The notes under the pieces: model-generated | Told to the model about the DNA's origin: nothing | The model's database searches: none | The model's input: the letters and a program-made list of their open reading frames with translations, nothing else | Program-made: the position numbers and the translations under genes | In this document: piece after piece, positions 61,514 to 64,000 of the stretch | How the letters are laid out: each line of letters begins with the position of its first letter | How positions within the stretch are numbered: the first letter of the stretch is position 1 | Assembly (NCBI GenBank): GCA_951813015.1 | Contig: CATOTG010000011.1 | Span: forward strand, 129,889 to 193,888 | Direction: 5' to 3' | From: an uncultured Thermoanaerobaculia bacterium | GTDB lineage: Bacteria > Acidobacteriota > Thermoanaerobaculia > Multivoradales > Multivoraceae | Length of the DNA stretch: 64,000 bases

Positions 61514-62314
61514 ATGGCCGGCGCGAGGACTCTCCTTCAGCGCTGCTGGAGGATTCCGCTAACGGCCATGTCGTTTCTTCTTTTCGGCTTGGGTGGCCTC
61601 GTTCTGGGCGCCGTCGTCTTCCCCGCCATCCGTCTGCTGAGCCCGCGAGAAGCCACCGGGCGACGCTGCCGCAGAGCAATTCAGCTGTCCTTTCGCCTGT
61701 TCCTGGCGTTCCTGTCCATGCTGCGTCTCATGCGGTTAGAGTTTCGCGGAGAAGAGCGCCTGCTTGATCTTCGCGGTCGTCTGGTGATCGCCAATCACCC
61801 ATCGCTGATGGATGTCGTGGTTCTGGTCTCCCGCCTTCCCGACGCGCGCTGCGTCGTCAAGCGGGAGGTGTGGAACAGTCCGTTTCTGGGCACGGTCGTC
61901 CGTCTCGCCGGCTACGTGCCGAGCGTGGACCCGCATGACGTCGTCGACCGGACGGTACGTCTCCTGCGGGCCGGCGAGACGGTTGTCCTGTTTCCGGAAG
62001 GGACGCGCACGAGGAAGGACCGTCCCGTCGCCATTCGGCGCGGAGCGGCGTTGATCCTCGTGCGGTCCGATCGGCCGGCGGTTCCGATCCGCCTGCGGGT
62101 TCGCCCGCCTGCCCTCGGCAAGACGGACTCCCTCGCACGCCTTCCTCCGCAGGCCGTGGGCTTCACAATGAGCGTCGGCGAGGAGATCCATCCGTCCGCG
62201 TTCGGAACCCACGGCAGCGAGCGCGAGAGGTCCCGGTCGGGCTGCAGGATTCTTGAGCGGACGCTGGGATTGCCGTCTGCGGACCGCCTTGAAGCAAGGA
62301 CGGCCAGTTGTTAG
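61514..62314 (+). CDS. lysophospholipid/1-acyl-sn-glycerol-3-phosphate acyltransferase (LPLAT family)
   Basis: Motif I VIANHPSLMDVVVL (HX4D). Motif III FPEGTRT. N-terminal TM. Confidence 0.8.
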   Translation: MAGARTLLQRCWRIPLTAMSFLLFGLGGLVLGAVVFPAIRLLSPREATGRRCRRAIQLSFRLFLAFLSMLRLMRLEFRGEERLLDLRGRLVIANHPSLMDVVVLVSRLPDARCVVKREVWNSPFLGTVVRLAGYVPSVDPHDVVDRTVRLLRAGETVVLFPEGTRTRKDRPVAIRRGAALILVRSDRPAVPIRLRVRPPALGKTDSLARLPPQAVGFTMSVGEEIHPSAFGTHGSERERSRSGCRILERTLGLPSADRLEARTASC

Positions 62315-62360
62315 AGTTCAGCGTTGCTGGAGCGAGCCCCCTAAGGAGGCGCAGGGGAAG

Positions 62361-62609
62361 ATGACGCGCGACGAGATCGAGGCGCAGCTGACGGCGATTC
62401 TGGTCGAGATGTACGAGCTCGAGCCAGACCGGATCGTCTTGGACGCCCGCCTCTACGAGGACTTGGCCCTCGACAGCATCGACGCGGTGGACCTGATCGT
62501 CCGACTCAAGGAGTTCACCCAGGCCGACATCACTCCGGAGCGGGTCAAGGAGATGCGTACGGTCGGGGACGTGGTCGACCTCGTGGCCGAGATGTTGCGG
62601 ACCTCGTAA
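62361..62609 (+). CDS. acyl carrier protein
   Basis: LALDSIDAVDLIVRLKEF (phosphopantetheine-Ser motif DSI/L). AAGGAGG SD lies 10 nt upstream of the ATG. Confidence 0.85.
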   Translation: MTRDEIEAQLTAILVEMYELEPDRIVLDARLYEDLALDSIDAVDLIVRLKEFTQADITPERVKEMRTVGDVVDLVAEMLRTS

Positions 62610-63185
62610 GTGAGTGTTCTGGCCAACGCAGTCGAGGGTCTGGAGTTCGTCGAAAGCGCCCGGGTCCACGCCGGACAAATCCTCGTCGTGCCGACGGAGG
62701 CTGGTTGGGAGACCTTGGCGCACCAGGGCAAGACCGGCCTGATCCGGGAACTGAGCGACCTTCTTTCTTCCGCAGTGGACGCAGGGGCGCGCTGGCGCTT
62801 CGTGCGGCGGCTTCCCCCCGCCGGGAAGGCCGGTCGCGACCGTCCTCTCCACCCGCGATGGGAGGAACTCGACCGCACTGCCGCGACGTGGCTGGGCGAG
62901 GCCGCGGTAACCGGCGACCTGGCGGTCCTGGAGGGACATTTTCCGAGCGAGCCGATCGTTCCCGGCCTCGCCCAGTTGCTGTGGGCGGACACTCTCTCAC
63001 GCCGGTTCTTTGCCGGTTACACCACGACCGCCGAGATTCGCAACCTGAAGTTCGCGCAAGTGGTCGTGCCGGGCGTCAGGCTTCGGATCGCACTCGTCCA
63101 CGAGTTCCGGGCGCGGTCCCGGGCCGTATTCAGGTTCACCTCGGACGCGGGCACGCACAGCAGCGGCGTGCTCATCGGTGCGTAG
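62610..63185 (+). CDS. hypothetical protein with C-terminal hotdog-fold (FabA/FabZ-like dehydratase-like) region
   Basis: GTG start immediately after the ACP stop. C-terminal LEGHFPSEPIVPGLAQLLWADTL...EIRNLKF resembles hotdog dehydratases. Confidence 0.45.
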   Translation: MSVLANAVEGLEFVESARVHAGQILVVPTEAGWETLAHQGKTGLIRELSDLLSSAVDAGARWRFVRRLPPAGKAGRDRPLHPRWEELDRTAATWLGEAAVTGDLAVLEGHFPSEPIVPGLAQLLWADTLSRRFFAGYTTTAEIRNLKFAQVVVPGVRLRIALVHEFRARSRAVFRFTSDAGTHSSGVLIGA

Positions 63186-63200
63186 CGTCGCTCCCCGTAC

Positions 63201-63662
63201 GTGCCAAGTCCAGCCGCAGCGGCCCGGCCGCCCAACCTCGAGACGCTGGTGCCACACGCCGCGCCGATGATTCTGATTGACAGCGTCGCGGCGCAGGGGC
63301 CCGCGTCGACCCGAAGCACCGTCCGCATTGGTGAAGACTCGATGTTCTACGAGGCGCCGCACGGGGTGCCCTCCTACTTCGGCATCGAGTACATCGCCCA
63401 GACCGTAGCTGCTCACGCCGGACTCCGGGCCCTTCGGCGAGGGGAACCGGTGCGGGTCGGTTTTCTGCTCGGCACGCGGGAGTACAAGTGCGCCGAGAGT
63501 TGGTTCCGTCTTGGCGCCCAGCTGACGATCGACGTGTCTCCCGTCCTCGAAACGACCGACGTTTCCAAGTTTCGAGGCGTCATCGCCGATCAGCTCAGGG
63601 GTGAACTGGCGGACTGCGCAGTGACCGTCTACCTACGCTTCGGAAGCGAGCGAACTCGTTGA
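63201..63662 (+). CDS. hotdog-fold dehydratase-like protein (ApeI/FabZ-like)
   Basis: LVPHAAPMILIDSV...YFGIEYIAQ. Confidence 0.5.
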   Translation: MPSPAAAARPPNLETLVPHAAPMILIDSVAAQGPASTRSTVRIGEDSMFYEAPHGVPSYFGIEYIAQTVAAHAGLRALRRGEPVRVGFLLGTREYKCAESWFRLGAQLTIDVSPVLETTDVSKFRGVIADQLRGELADCAVTVYLRFGSERTR

Positions 63663-64000
63663 CCGGCCCGCGTCGAGTGCTCGTGACAGGGGCGTCGCGC
63701 GGCATCGGCCGCGCAGTCGCCCTGGTCCTGGCCGAGGACGGGTTCGACGTGGCCTGCAACGCGCGAGGCGATGTGGAGGACGTCGTGGGCGAGATTCGCG
63801 CGCGCGGCGGCGCCGCCAGCGCGCTCAGCGGCGACGTCTCGGACCGCGCCGCCATTCGCGCCGCCCTCGACCACGACATGAAGGGCCGGGGCGCGTTTTA
63901 CGGCATCGTCTGCAACGCCGGCAGCCACTCCGACGCCGCGTTTCCCGCGCTGACGGAGACGGACTGGGACGACGTTCTGCGCACCAACCTGGACTCCTTC
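63658..64000 (+). CDS. 3-oxoacyl-ACP reductase-like SDR (FabG family), 3'-truncated by the window end
   Basis: Translated by hand from the TTG at 63658 (TTGA overlap with the upstream stop): LTGPRRVLVTGASRGIGRAVALVLAEDGFDV...GIVCNAG. The ORF runs to position 64000. Confidence 0.7.

Overview
High-GC (~68-70%) bacterial chromosomal window, densely packed and mostly housekeeping. Core genes recognised include uvrB-uvrC, mutS, recG, ssb, scpA-scpB-rluB-cmk, rpsF-rpsR-rplI, rplY-pth, prs, ispE, PBP1A, H+-PPase, psd-pssA, trxB, a TRAP transporter, asnS and rnc. Two RNA genes can be read directly from the sequence: a type-A RNase P RNA (about 14678-15097, minus) and tRNA-Gln(UUG) (about 39375-39449, minus). 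The one clearly accessory segment is a Type III restriction-modification locus (res 18252-21197, mod 15325-18062, both minus). Its mod gene is split into two reading frames exactly at a 19-nt poly-G tract on the coding strand. A second tract (G9 then A5) sits between the ribosome-binding site and the mod ATG. Together these make a strong candidate for a phase-variable (contingency) R-M system. The window ends with the start of a type-II-FAS-like lipid or aryl-polyene-type cluster: LPLAT acyltransferase, ACP, two hotdog proteins and a FabG-like reductase. The region is rich in short segmental duplications that copy gene termini (recG tail into the glycosyltransferase start, res 3' end, SDR 3' end). 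There is a 15-bp tandem array inside a methyltransferase gene and a 27-bp tandem repeat forming a 20-codon upstream ORF directly abutting the hppA start. Several conserved genes appear to start at CTG. Many very long ORFs in the six-frame track are alternate-frame or antisense read-through artefacts of the high GC content; genes were called where motifs or families are recognisable. Manual coordinates may be off by +/-1 to 3 nt. At two homopolymer positions (about 39240 and 47940) my reading of the sequence text is one nucleotide shorter than the ORF track implies.
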